The translations under genes and the position numbers were made by a program. A model generated the notes under the pieces. That model was not told the DNA's origin, made no database searches, and saw only the letters and a list, made by a program, of their open reading frames with translations. 64,000 nucleotides of DNA from an uncultured Methanolobus sp. (GTDB lineage Archaea > Halobacteriota > Methanosarcinia > Methanosarcinales > Methanosarcinaceae): NCBI GenBank assembly GCA_963675495.1, contig OY776215.1:1440001-1504000 (forward strand). Reading direction: 5' to 3'. This document shows, piece by piece, positions 29,987 through 39,382 of the stretch. The first letter of the stretch is position 1. The number at the start of each line of letters is the position of its first letter.

Positions 29987-30781
29987 ATGAAAATACTCTA
30001 TTTTACAGCAACTGGTAATAGTCTATATATTGCAAAATCAATTGGTGGAGAATTGTATTCTATACCCCAGATGGTTAAAGAGGGAATCTATGACTTTACT
30101 GACGAAAAAATAGGCATTGTATTCCCTCTCCATGCATGGGGAGTGCCTTCTTATGTGGTAGATTTTCTGAAAAAAGCGACCTTTAACTGTGACTATCTCT
30201 TTGCTGTCACAACCTATGGCATATACTCTGGTGCAGTGGCGAAGCATTTAACGGACATTGGCAATGAGGCAGGGTTCACTTTCGATTATATCAATAAAAT
30301 CAAGATGGTGGACAACTATGTACCTACCTGCGATATGAAGAAACAGATTGAAAAGGAGCCTAAAAAGCAGATTGAAAAACATTTGGCAGCGGTCAGATCA
30401 GATATTGAAGCTTGTAAAAAATGGATCTTGAAAGAATCGTTCCTACATAAAGCGTCATTCAACTATATGGCCAGAAGAGGTAGCAAACCTTTCAATGAAA
30501 AGAGGTTAAAAGTTCACGTCTATGGTGAAGGGATTGAAAATTATATCTCTGTAGAAGATACTTGTACGCAATGTGGGATCTGTGCTCGCGTATGCCCGGT
30601 AGATAACATAGAGATGAACCAGGAAAATGGAAAGATATCTTTAAGTGATCGCTGTTTCATGTGTTTCGCATGTGTACATCATTGTCCTTCAAATGCTATT
30701 CATATTAAAGGGGAAGTTAGTGGAAATAGATTTAGAAATAGTCATATCAAGTTACAGGAAATTATTGAGGCTAATAAATAG
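29987..30781 (+). CDS. EFR1-family flavodoxin-ferredoxin fusion
   Basis: YFTATGNS flavodoxin start, MVDNY, two CxxCxxCxxxCP motifs. Confidence 0.9.
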   Translation: MKILYFTATGNSLYIAKSIGGELYSIPQMVKEGIYDFTDEKIGIVFPLHAWGVPSYVVDFLKKATFNCDYLFAVTTYGIYSGAVAKHLTDIGNEAGFTFDYINKIKMVDNYVPTCDMKKQIEKEPKKQIEKHLAAVRSDIEACKKWILKESFLHKASFNYMARRGSKPFNEKRLKVHVYGEGIENYISVEDTCTQCGICARVCPVDNIEMNQENGKISLSDRCFMCFACVHHCPSNAIHIKGEVSGNRFRNSHIKLQEIIEANK

Positions 30782-30892
30782 AATTGTAATATCAGTTTAT
30801 CGCACAAGCTGCTGAAAAGGGCTCTGGGTGTTTTCTGAACAAAAAACATCCCTGAGCTGATCGCTGTAGTTTCACTAGAAAAGAGATATACT

Positions 30893-31354
30893 ATGCAGAA
30901 TACTAAGAAAATACATTACGAGCTTGAGCATTTCTATCCTAATGTTGACAGGCAAAAATTCTGGGATCTATTTGTCGACCATGAGGCCTGGTCAAACTCG
31001 GAATTCTTACCAGGGGAAATTACAATCATCAAACCCGGTAAAGACCATCCTCAAGGAGCAGGCGCTGTTCGATCCGTGGTAACGGGATCAATGAATATCA
31101 TAGAGGATATTGTAGGTTTTCATCCGCCGGAGTGTTTTAGTTATGTAACCCATAATGGCAGCATGCCAGTGAATGATTTTGGTGGCGAATTGTTCTTTGA
31201 AGAGCAGAAAGACGGGCTGCTCGTAAGGTATAAAGGCAGCTTTAATCCCAAATACTTTGGTACTGGTTGGATTTTTAAATATTTTTTGCGCTCGGCACAG
31301 AAATCAGTTTTTCAAAAGCTTGGAAAAGCGTATAAAGCTTACTATGATGTTTAG
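30893..31354 (+). CDS. SRPBCC (START/polyketide cyclase) family ligand-binding protein
   Basis: W..F.DHE.WS, GAGAVR, E.IVGF.PP..FSY pattern. Confidence 0.8.
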   Translation: MQNTKKIHYELEHFYPNVDRQKFWDLFVDHEAWSNSEFLPGEITIIKPGKDHPQGAGAVRSVVTGSMNIIEDIVGFHPPECFSYVTHNGSMPVNDFGGELFFEEQKDGLLVRYKGSFNPKYFGTGWIFKYFLRSAQKSVFQKLGKAYKAYYDV

Positions 31355-31521
31355 CACACAGTCAATGAGCTTATCTAATTAGCTCCTAAATCCCTTCATT
31401 CTAATTAGACAATTATTTTCAATAAAATATCCCAAATGAATTTCTTTTCATAACCCTATTTTGCACTTCTGTACTCTTTTTGAATGACACAAAAACAATC
31501 TGTAAACTGAAAACAAAATAA

Positions 31522-31710
31522 CCATCCTCCGAAGGCGGCACATTCCAATATTTCTGCACAGAATACATTTTTAAAAATGATTGGAGTCATGTTGGTACAT
31601 TTCTGAGTACGATGAAATTATTTATTCCATTTTTTGGGAAAACGCCGGCTTCGCCGGGCCCTTCGGGATAATTTAAGTTATTCATGTGATGGCAGAATTT
31701 CTACAGAGCC
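31522..31710. repeat. GC-rich hairpin element with an IS-like terminus (possible MITE relic)
   Basis: CCTCC-GAA-GGCGG, CCGGC-TTC-GCCGG and CCC-TTC-GGG hairpins in AT-rich DNA; ends ATTTCTACAGAGCC. Confidence 0.45.
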
Positions 31711-31892
31711 CAAAAACCAAGTCTGCTTTTTTCAGGGATAAAAGTAACTCACATTTAAATATAATAAAATATATTATTTTTAATATTAATATTGGCAAAG
31801 ACGGCAAATATGCTACAGAGAACCAAAACCCATTGCAAATCTTATGGCAAGGGCCATAGACTTGATGGAAAGACCTACAAGGACTTGATGAA

Positions 31893-32228
31893 ATGGCAAC
31901 ATATAGCGCATACGGAGGCCTTTACAGAGGCAAGGACGAAAAGAATTTCACATACTCTTCAGGACCATTCCTTAAATTAAAGGCGGACTCGAACAAGATC
32001 ACAATAAAAGGAATACTGACACGAGTAGAGCTCAGGAAGGAGAACGTCGTTGTCATCAGCAGGCATAAAAAGACCAGGCGGGATGATGATGGCGGCGTAC
32101 AGACACACGTCGGTTTTCTGATAGAACACAACAATGTGAAAGAGAAAGCTTACATCGCATTCATACCATCCTTCGGGAAGAAGATATTCAATAACCTGAG
32201 AGATCTTGGGTACAATGTTGTTGATTAA
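31893..32228 (+). CDS. Hypothetical protein (111 aa, basic)
   Basis: Fills an intergenic gap, AT-rich promoter-like region upstream, T-rich tract downstream. Confidence 0.6.
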   Translation: MATYSAYGGLYRGKDEKNFTYSSGPFLKLKADSNKITIKGILTRVELRKENVVVISRHKKTRRDDDGGVQTHVGFLIEHNNVKEKAYIAFIPSFGKKIFNNLRDLGYNVVD

Positions 32229-32325
32229 GTAGGGTAGATCGGGGGCATATTTTTACTTTTTATTGATGTTCTTCACACGCATCAATTCCATATCATAATC
32301 ATTGATCTTCCTGCTGCATGAAAAA

Positions 32326-32359
32326 AAGCAAATATCCACGTTGTTCAGGATATTTGCTT
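32326..32359 (-). terminator. Hairpin plus U-tract after the aldo/keto reductase
   Basis: AAGCAAATATCC / GGATATTTGCTT 12-bp inverted repeat followed by a T run on the minus strand. Confidence 0.6.
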
Positions 32360-32378
32360 ATACTTGAATCCAAAAATC

Positions 32379-33590
32379 TCAGACATCCTTGTTCGCCAGG
32401 AACATCTTTGCCATCCCGATCCTTTCTTCAAGGTCAGGTCCCTCAAAATCCTCTACCACGGATTCGAGAAGAGTTGGGATATCAAGATGCTGAGGACATT
32501 TGTCTACACATTCCCCACACTGTATACATTGGGATGCAAATGAAGGTTCATCGCCTGTCATTAGACCGCTCATCCCTGATGCATATATGAACTTTGCCAT
32601 GTCTGCATCGTCAAACATGTGCAGATTGTTATAAAGTTCAAAACAGTAAGGAATATTCACACCTTCCGGGCAGGGCATACAATAAGCACAACCAGTACAG
32701 CCAGCTTTCATAAGCTCACGGTACTTCTTCTCGGATCTCTTGACAAGCTCAAGCTCGGTTTCGGTAAGAGAATCTGCGAGAGCTTCCCCTGCGATCTTCA
32801 GGTTCTCCTCCACATGTTCTTCCTCGTTCATACCCGAAAGTACAACCGTAACTTCGGGATGGTTCCAGACCCAGCGAAGTCCCCATTCTGCAGCTGTTCT
32901 CTTAACAGGAGCCTCGTTCCATATTTCCTCTACAGCAGCCGGAACTTTACCTGCAAGACTTCCTCCACGCAGAGGTTCCATGATGATAACTCCAATGTCT
33001 TTTGAGGCTGCATACTCCAGTCCTTTGGTTCCTGCCTGGTTCTTTTCATCCAGGAAGTTGTACTGTATCTGGCAGAAGTCCCAATCATAGGCATCCACGA
33101 TTCGGTTAAAGTCCTCAGGTGCACCGTGGTAGGAAAAACCGGCATTGATTATGCGGCCATCAGATTTTGCTTTGTCAAGGAATTCAAGGACTCCCAGTGG
33201 TTCCACTTTATCCCATAATTCACCTTGCAGAGCGTGAACGAGGTAGTAATCGATGTGATCGGTGTTGAGTTTCTCAAGCTGTGCGTTCAGGAACTTGTCC
33301 ATGTCCTCAAGACTGTCGATCATCCAGGTAGGGAGTTTTGTTGCAAGCTTTACTTTTTCCCTGTAACCATCGGAAAGTGCACGACCGATGAATGGCTCGC
33401 TCTGCCCCATATGGTATGGCCAGGCGGTATCCACATAATTCACACCCTGGTCAATAGCGTAGCGAATCTGTTTTGTAGCTCTTTCCTCATCGATGCTTCC
33501 ATCTTCATTCATAGGAAGACGCATAGCCCCGAATCCAAGTATTGAGAGCTCGTCACCGTTCTTTGGCATTGTTCTGTATAACATTCCCAT
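32379..33590 (-). CDS. Aldo/keto reductase with C-terminal 4Fe-4S domain
   Basis: Motifs LGFGAMRLP, YVDTAWPY, ATKLP, MEPLRGG; CTGCAYCMPCP and CIQCGECVDKCP. Confidence 0.93.
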   Translation of the reverse strand: MGMLYRTMPKNGDELSILGFGAMRLPMNEDGSIDEERATKQIRYAIDQGVNYVDTAWPYHMGQSEPFIGRALSDGYREKVKLATKLPTWMIDSLEDMDKFLNAQLEKLNTDHIDYYLVHALQGELWDKVEPLGVLEFLDKAKSDGRIINAGFSYHGAPEDFNRIVDAYDWDFCQIQYNFLDEKNQAGTKGLEYAASKDIGVIIMEPLRGGSLAGKVPAAVEEIWNEAPVKRTAAEWGLRWVWNHPEVTVVLSGMNEEEHVEENLKIAGEALADSLTETELELVKRSEKKYRELMKAGCTGCAYCMPCPEGVNIPYCFELYNNLHMFDDADMAKFIYASGMSGLMTGDEPSFASQCIQCGECVDKCPQHLDIPTLLESVVEDFEGPDLEERIGMAKMFLANKDV

Positions 33591-33634
33591 TCTCCTTGTA
33601 TCTCTTATTCTAATGAAAATTGATAGTATTAATT

Positions 33635-33648
33635 TGATTGACTGGTCA
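33635..33648. promoter_or_regulatory. Degenerate operator upstream of the aldo/keto reductase
   Basis: TGATTGACTGGTCA, 11 of 14 match to TGACTGATTAGTCA. Confidence 0.6.
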
Positions 33649-33668
33649 CTTATAGTACATTCAAAAAA

Positions 33669-34241
33669 TTATATATTTGCCATGCCCTTCCATAACATCC
33701 GGAATCCATCCTCGATGATCTCATCCATATTTTCCTGAAAACCTGTATTCAGAATAAGCTCAACCACTGCCCTGCTGGATTGGTAAAATATCGCCATGCT
33801 CAGTTCCATTGAGTAAGCTTTATCTTTTCCGAAAATATTCTCCACCAGATCAAGCATGAATTCATTTTCCTTCATGGTTTCTTCACGGGTGAACTTTGTG
33901 ATATAAGGGGAAGAACTGAACTGTGCTACAAAAAGAAACTCTTCAGGTTTGTTTACACCACATCTGATGAAACTCACCCATAGTTGCTTTATCTGTTCCT
34001 CAGAAGATGCTTCAGGATCAAGTCCTCCTTTTACACAGGTGCTCAACCTGCTTTTAACCTCAAAATAGAGGCTGTTTATAAGCTCCTCCTTGGTGGCGAA
34101 GTAGTTGAAAAGACTACCTGTGGATACACCTGCCTCCTTTGAGATAAGTGCGGTGGACGTACCGTGAAAACCTCTTTCTGTAAAGAGTTTCAGGGCGGCA
34201 TTCATTATTGCGGTTTTCTTATCCTTGACCTGATTATTCAT
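33669..34241 (-). CDS. TetR/AcrR family transcriptional regulator
   Basis: AALKLF.ERGFHGTST..I..EAGVSTGSLFNYF.TKEEL helix-turn-helix. Confidence 0.95.
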   Translation of the reverse strand: MNNQVKDKKTAIMNAALKLFTERGFHGTSTALISKEAGVSTGSLFNYFATKEELINSLYFEVKSRLSTCVKGGLDPEASSEEQIKQLWVSFIRCGVNKPEEFLFVAQFSSSPYITKFTREETMKENEFMLDLVENIFGKDKAYSMELSMAIFYQSSRAVVELILNTGFQENMDEIIEDGFRMLWKGMANI

Positions 34242-34263
34242 GTTTTTACTCTCGTGGTTATAG

Positions 34264-34277
34264 TGACTAATCAGTCA
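34264..34277 (-). promoter_or_regulatory. Operator upstream of tetR (putative autoregulation)
   Basis: TGACTAATCAGTCA is the exact reverse complement of the site at 28844-28857; TATA-like TTTTATAT on the minus strand at 34290-34297. Confidence 0.8.
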
Positions 34278-34525
34278 TCAGTGTTATTGATATAAAAACT
34301 TTGCTAAAAAGAGATGAAAAACCAAGACAAATGAATCTATACAAGGAACACATAAACCAGACAGCTACTGTGTTATTTTTTAAAAATGTTTGATTAAGTT
34401 CCCATTAGAGAACTATCATTTTATTTTGCATAGGACGTACCTATAAGATTTTTGAGTGCCTTATTTTACGAAGATGCTCGTATTTTGCTCTTTACTTCTA
34501 CATCAACCTGATAACAAAAAAATAA

Positions 34526-35125
34526 TCACAGATTTTTTGTGATGAGATCCACAAAATCAACAAATCTGTGCCCATCCTTGTTCGAGAAGTGCTCAAATAT
34601 CGCTGCATCGTCTTTTATTTCTCCAAGTGTCCTTTTCAATGTTGCCACATATTCCAAATTAGTAGCATCTGAATTTACAAATATTATCTCGGATTCTGCT
34701 ATTTGATTAATTACGATATTCGGGATGAGTTCGGCCTTACTTTCCAGATTCCTTACATCAAATACGTGGACCATTGGTGCAATGGACATGCCAGGGAATT
34801 TGAGATTAGATACACCTGTCTTTATTTCAGTTGGCAACGCATTGAAAGGTATCTCGAGAATTATAGAATCAAATGCGTCCTCTTCGTAAATTTTCTGCAA
34901 CTCATTCGTCAGATCGAAAATAAAACTACAGGGGACACAACTGCTGAGTATTTCCTTTACAACCACTTCTGGATTTGTCTTGACCGGTTTTCCCGTCTTC
35001 TTCCCCAGATGGTCAGTGATCACGACAACGACTTTTTTATCTATTGAACTGATCTCATTCCCGACAGAAAAGAGTGTATTCTTCTTTTCTATTCCAGTGA
35101 AGCCGCTTATCATTATTATTTGCAT
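34526..35125 (-). CDS. CobW/HypB/UreG-like protein with degenerate P-loop
   Basis: ISGFTGIEKK in place of GFLGSGKT, CVPCS metal motif, NQIAESEIIFVN. Confidence 0.65.
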   Translation of the reverse strand: MQIIMISGFTGIEKKNTLFSVGNEISSIDKKVVVVITDHLGKKTGKPVKTNPEVVVKEILSSCVPCSFIFDLTNELQKIYEEDAFDSIILEIPFNALPTEIKTGVSNLKFPGMSIAPMVHVFDVRNLESKAELIPNIVINQIAESEIIFVNSDATNLEYVATLKRTLGEIKDDAAIFEHFSNKDGHRFVDFVDLITKNL

Positions 35126-35862
35126 TTAATCTCCCCACAATTGAATTTGGATACATGGTTTATAAGATTATCACAGGACAAAGATAAATCATCTTGTTAT
35201 GCTAACCGGATCAATCATTCCATTCTCGTAGTTCATTGTGATTTCAACGAAGACCTTTTACTAGTTTGACAGTGTTCTCTCTTTTCTGAATATAATGTCT
35301 ACTCTTTCAACCAAATTTTTCATCTTTTTGCCGGGGTAATCTATTTGGCAGTTCGTGCATTTTCATGGCACATGCTACTATTTCACCCATTTTTGACTTA
35401 AAATCAGTGTATTTACGGTATCAAAACTTCCGGAGATGGAATAAAATGTTTTCTCCCTGAAAGCTTGTAAGCTTGGAAAGGACAGAACTTATCTTAAGTT
35501 TTAAATTTCTACACGGTTGTTGTCAATTGTTTCACTGTCAACAGAATCTTGCTTGATAAGAGCTGCATTCTTCTGCAGCATATCTGTGAAAAATAGCCTT
35601 CGTTAATCAAGTCTTTCACATTTCCTGAACACAAACAGCTAGTAAAAATAATCTGAAGTGGCATAAACAAATTCAAACTATGAATTATTCAGGAAACTCA
35701 CTAAATCAGTGAAAAAATCCACCACAAACATTCTTATGACATAAAATCAAGAAAATAAGCAATTCCACTGCAATTGTAAATTGCCGCTTTGCTCCGTAAA
35801 CATCATTAAGAGTGGAACATTAGTTTATTCAAAAACCTGAGATTCAATTCAGAGGCGATAAT

Positions 35863-36456
35863 ATGGAAAAGACAATCACATACTTTGACGATGTTGGAAA
35901 AGCAAACACAGAAGAAGTAATGAAATTATCTGCAAAAAGAGCAGCAGAGCTTGGAATCAAGCACGTCGTGCTTTCAAGTACAAGCGGGGAGACTGCACTC
36001 ATAGCTGCAGAGGCATTCAAGGACTTGGACGTAAAAATCATTGCCATAACCCACCAGTATGGACTTAAGGAAAGCGGCAAGTGGGAAGTTGATGAGGACA
36101 AACTTGAGAAACTAAACGAACTTGGCGTTGTAATGACCACACAATCCCATATGTTCTCAGGTGTTGAGCGTGCGATCTCAAAGCGCATAGGTGGTGCCAG
36201 CCGTGCAGATGTGATATCTGACACATTACGCGCTGTTTTTGGAAAGGGTTTCAAGGTAGCTATTGAATGCGCAATGATGGCAGCAGACTCAGGCCACATA
36301 CCGGTATCTCTGGATACAGAGATAATAGCCATCGGGGGAACAAGATGGGGTGCTGATGTCTCTGTTGTTGTCAGACCTGCACATTCATTTGACTTCTTCA
36401 GCCTTCAGGTAAGAGAAATAATAGCAATGCCAAGGGCAAAAGAAGAGCCAAAGTAA
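35863..36456 (+). CDS. Pyruvate kinase C-terminal-like domain protein (DUF1867/MTH1675-like)
   Basis: Motifs YF...GKANT, SSTSGETA, TH..G, H.FSGVER, FGKGFKVAIEC..MAADSG. Confidence 0.85.
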   Translation: MEKTITYFDDVGKANTEEVMKLSAKRAAELGIKHVVLSSTSGETALIAAEAFKDLDVKIIAITHQYGLKESGKWEVDEDKLEKLNELGVVMTTQSHMFSGVERAISKRIGGASRADVISDTLRAVFGKGFKVAIECAMMAADSGHIPVSLDTEIIAIGGTRWGADVSVVVRPAHSFDFFSLQVREIIAMPRAKEEPK

Positions 36457-36485
36457 CTATAATATTTTTTGATTTTTAGTGGGAA

Positions 36486-36662
36486 CTAATTCCCATCGTC
36501 TTTTTTTGTAGCACTATTATCTTTGTCATCGATCTCATTCTTCAATTTAGCTTTGCTTGCTTCTTTATTCATGTACAATGTAGATTTAATGAAATAGGCC
36601 GTTAAAAGAACGAAGATAACAAAAGCTGCTGCAGCAATTAAGATAACAGTAAGAGCATCCAT
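36486..36662 (-). CDS. Possible 58-aa single-pass membrane protein (below the ORF-track cutoff)
   Basis: MDALTVILIAAAAFVIFVLLTAYFIK followed by a charged tail; ends in TAG; fills the gap downstream of mtd. Confidence 0.45.
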   Translation of the reverse strand: MDALTVILIAAAAFVIFVLLTAYFIKSTLYMNKEASKAKLKNEIDDKDNSATKKDDGN

Positions 36663-36693
36663 AAAAAAGAGAAAAGAAGTACCTTAAAGGTAC

Positions 36694-37515
36694 TTACTGT
36701 GGCTTCTCATAGAGAGCTGTCTTGGTCATCAGGTGGCCCTTCTTAGCGTGTGGCTGCCTGAATACACTGTCGTTTGATTTTTCGATCTCTCTTGCATCGA
36801 TTGCCAGCTGAGCTGCTGCGCGCATCATCTCATGACCTGCTGCTGTTGTGAGAGTGACCTGCTCGATCTCCTTCATCATGAAGCATGCTGGGAAGTTGAT
36901 CTTTGCGACCATATCAGCCATGTGAAGAGCTGCGAGAGCCTTTGCCTTTGCGTATGGGTTGTTAAATCCTGCTCTTGCGATACATTTCTCTGGCTTTGCG
37001 AGAATGTGTGGAAGTTCGAGTGCCTTACCTTCGTCTGCCTGTGCGGCAACTTTGTCGAGCTCTTCCTGAATAAGCCTTACAACACCACATGTTGAAAGTA
37101 CTTTCATTGCATCTGAATTAAATGAAGCCATCTCTACAGCGTCAAGGAATTCGGTCTTTGCGCCGATGAGTGGATCAACGGTCATGATAATATAACCAAA
37201 GCCTGCTTCCTCAAGTGCTGCACGGTCGTCCTTCTTTGTTGGACCGTCTGAGATAATGATGCATGGAACGTCCTTGTATATCTCACGAGCTGCTGTTGGA
37301 CCTGGTGCGCTTGAGTTGGGGCTGATCATTACGTAGAAATCAGCATCGAATTTTTTGAGTTCTTCTGTTGCTGCTGCTTCGTCTTTGCCCATTTTAGGAC
37401 CGGTTCCGAAAGAACGGATAGTAATTCCTTCTCTTGCTGCGATCTCATCCTGAACGAGGTCTATTACCTGGCTCATTCCTAAGTTACCTAGTTTAATAAA
37501 TCCAATCTTTGCCAT
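36694..37515 (-). CDS. mtd: F420-dependent methylene-H4MPT dehydrogenase
   Basis: Motifs KLGNLG, DEIAAREGI, SPN...PGP, DPLIGAK.EFLD, NPYAKAKA, R.PH. Confidence 0.95.
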   Translation of the reverse strand: MAKIGFIKLGNLGMSQVIDLVQDEIAAREGITIRSFGTGPKMGKDEAAATEELKKFDADFYVMISPNSSAPGPTAAREIYKDVPCIIISDGPTKKDDRAALEEAGFGYIIMTVDPLIGAKTEFLDAVEMASFNSDAMKVLSTCGVVRLIQEELDKVAAQADEGKALELPHILAKPEKCIARAGFNNPYAKAKALAALHMADMVAKINFPACFMMKEIEQVTLTTAAGHEMMRAAAQLAIDAREIEKSNDSVFRQPHAKKGHLMTKTALYEKPQ

Positions 37516-37714
37516 GTAAAATCACAGTAGTGCAATGGGCAGTGTAGCATATATTAGTTTTGGAATGGAACTAATGGAATGCATCATCCTGAAAAAATGA
37601 TTATTCATATAGTGATTCTGCCCGAAAACCTTAAAAGCAATGTAGCGTATTTCAGAATAATCTCGGCACTTAAATACTGTTTCAATGCGGGATTGAAATT
37701 CCAGGTTTGATGAA

Positions 37715-38413
37715 GTGAGTCGTACCAGCAATAATTCTCATAGGATAAAGTTAGTAGTTTTTGATATGGACAGCACCCTTATTGATGCTGAGACCATTGA
37801 CGAACTCGCACATGCGGCAGGAGTGGGAGACGAAGTCGCTTCCATAACAGAAAAAGCAATGCGTGGAGAACTTGATTTTTCCCATGCACTTTTTGAGAGA
37901 GTAAGACTACTAAAAGGACTTTCGCTCAATAATGCTCATGATGCGCTTGACAAAATGCCTTTCATGCCCGGTGCGAAAATACTCGTTGATTACCTGAAAT
38001 CCCAAGGATATAAAACTGCAATGATATCCGGTGGATTTACCATAGCTGCAGAGCGTGTTGGTAAAACACTTGGAATGGATCATGTCGTTTCAAATGAACT
38101 ACTGGTAGACGAAGGATGTCTGACAGGAGAGGTAAAGGGACCCCTTACAGGACAATGTTCCAAGGAACATGTTCTTGAAGAAATTTCCCGGAAATATGGA
38201 GTAGAACCTGAAAATTGTATAGTGGTTGGTGACGGCGCCAATGACATATGCATATTTAAAAGAGCAAAATATGCCATAGCTTTTAATTCCAAACCAATCC
38301 TCCATGAGCATGCTGATATTGTCATAACAGAAAAGAACCTTGAAGCAGTTATACCGGTAATCCAATTACTGGAATCGGAAAAAGGCCAAGTATCGTGCAT
38401 TAGAGATGCATGA
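37715..38413 (+). CDS. serB: Phosphoserine phosphatase
   Basis: Motifs FDMDSTL, ITEKAMRGELDF, SGGF, GDGAND. Confidence 0.94.
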   Translation: MSRTSNNSHRIKLVVFDMDSTLIDAETIDELAHAAGVGDEVASITEKAMRGELDFSHALFERVRLLKGLSLNNAHDALDKMPFMPGAKILVDYLKSQGYKTAMISGGFTIAAERVGKTLGMDHVVSNELLVDEGCLTGEVKGPLTGQCSKEHVLEEISRKYGVEPENCIVVGDGANDICIFKRAKYAIAFNSKPILHEHADIVITEKNLEAVIPVIQLLESEKGQVSCIRDA

Positions 38414-38453
38414 AATGCCAGCTCTTTTGCTGGATCGGGAGGATACATAAGAA

Positions 38454-39314
38454 ATGATAAAAGAACTGAACGACAAGAAGACTGAGCTTAGAACCCAGTC
38501 CGAAGAATATAAAGAGAAACGTAACGGGCTTAACGCAGAGGCAAGCACACTTGCATCAAAGCGAAATGAGCTGAACAAAAAGACCAAGGACCTTATCAAC
38601 GAAGCACAGGAATACAAGGTACTCCGTGACGAGAACAACGAGAAGGTAAAGGAAAACAAAGTACTCCGCGATGAGGTCAACAACAAGGCAAACGAAGTAT
38701 TTGCTAAGATAGACCAGATACGCAATGAGAACAACCTTGGCGGCCCTTCGATCAAAGATATCCGCAAGGAAATCGACAGGCTCGAGTTTGCACAGCAGAC
38801 AGAAGTCCTCACAACCAACAAGGAAAGAGAACTGGTCAACAAGATCACTGAACTCCAGAAGCAGTATGTTGTAAAGAAACAGCAACTTGAAGGAAATGAA
38901 GAACTCAAGACACTGTTGACAGAAGCACAGGAGATCAGGGACGAAGCTTCAAATCATCACGCTACACTTTCAGAGTATGCACAGAAGGCACAGGAATATC
39001 ATGACAAGATGATCACTACCTTCAAAGAAGCCGACAAGATTCGCGCAGAATCTGATGCTGCTCACAAAGAATTCGTTCAATTCCAGGAAAAAGCTGACGA
39101 ACAGCACAAGCTCTTCATTGCAGCACAGAAAGAGATCCGCGATATAGACAAGGAACTCCGCAAGATGAAGAAAGGAGATTTCGATGGAAAGAGAGAAGCT
39201 GCCAGAGCAGATGCACGCAAGGATGCAGAAGACATCTTTGATAAGTTCAAGTCTGGTGAGAAGCTTACCATGGAAAACCTTATGGCACTCCAGAGATCTG
39301 GCTTCCTGAAATAA
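38454..39314 (+). CDS. Conserved archaeal coiled-coil protein (COG1340-like)
   Basis: Heptad-rich K/E sequence, LEFAQQTEVL, C-terminal FKSGEKLT. Confidence 0.85.
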   Translation: MIKELNDKKTELRTQSEEYKEKRNGLNAEASTLASKRNELNKKTKDLINEAQEYKVLRDENNEKVKENKVLRDEVNNKANEVFAKIDQIRNENNLGGPSIKDIRKEIDRLEFAQQTEVLTTNKERELVNKITELQKQYVVKKQQLEGNEELKTLLTEAQEIRDEASNHHATLSEYAQKAQEYHDKMITTFKEADKIRAESDAAHKEFVQFQEKADEQHKLFIAAQKEIRDIDKELRKMKKGDFDGKREAARADARKDAEDIFDKFKSGEKLTMENLMALQRSGFLK

Positions 39315-39382
39315 TCAAACTTAAGAGGGTGAACTTCACCCTCGTTCAACTGTTTTTTATTGAAAAATGTTTTTTTAATAAA

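Noticed and set aside
30820-30858. Imperfect inverted repeat between the EFR1-like and SRPBCC genes as a mobile-element end
   Set aside because: It matches the 31697-31710 terminus only over GGCTCTG, and is better explained as an intercistronic hairpin.
38454-39314. Long coiled-coil protein as an SMC-like or defence component
   Set aside because: It has no Walker motifs and matches the ordinary conserved archaeal coiled-coil protein found next to serB.
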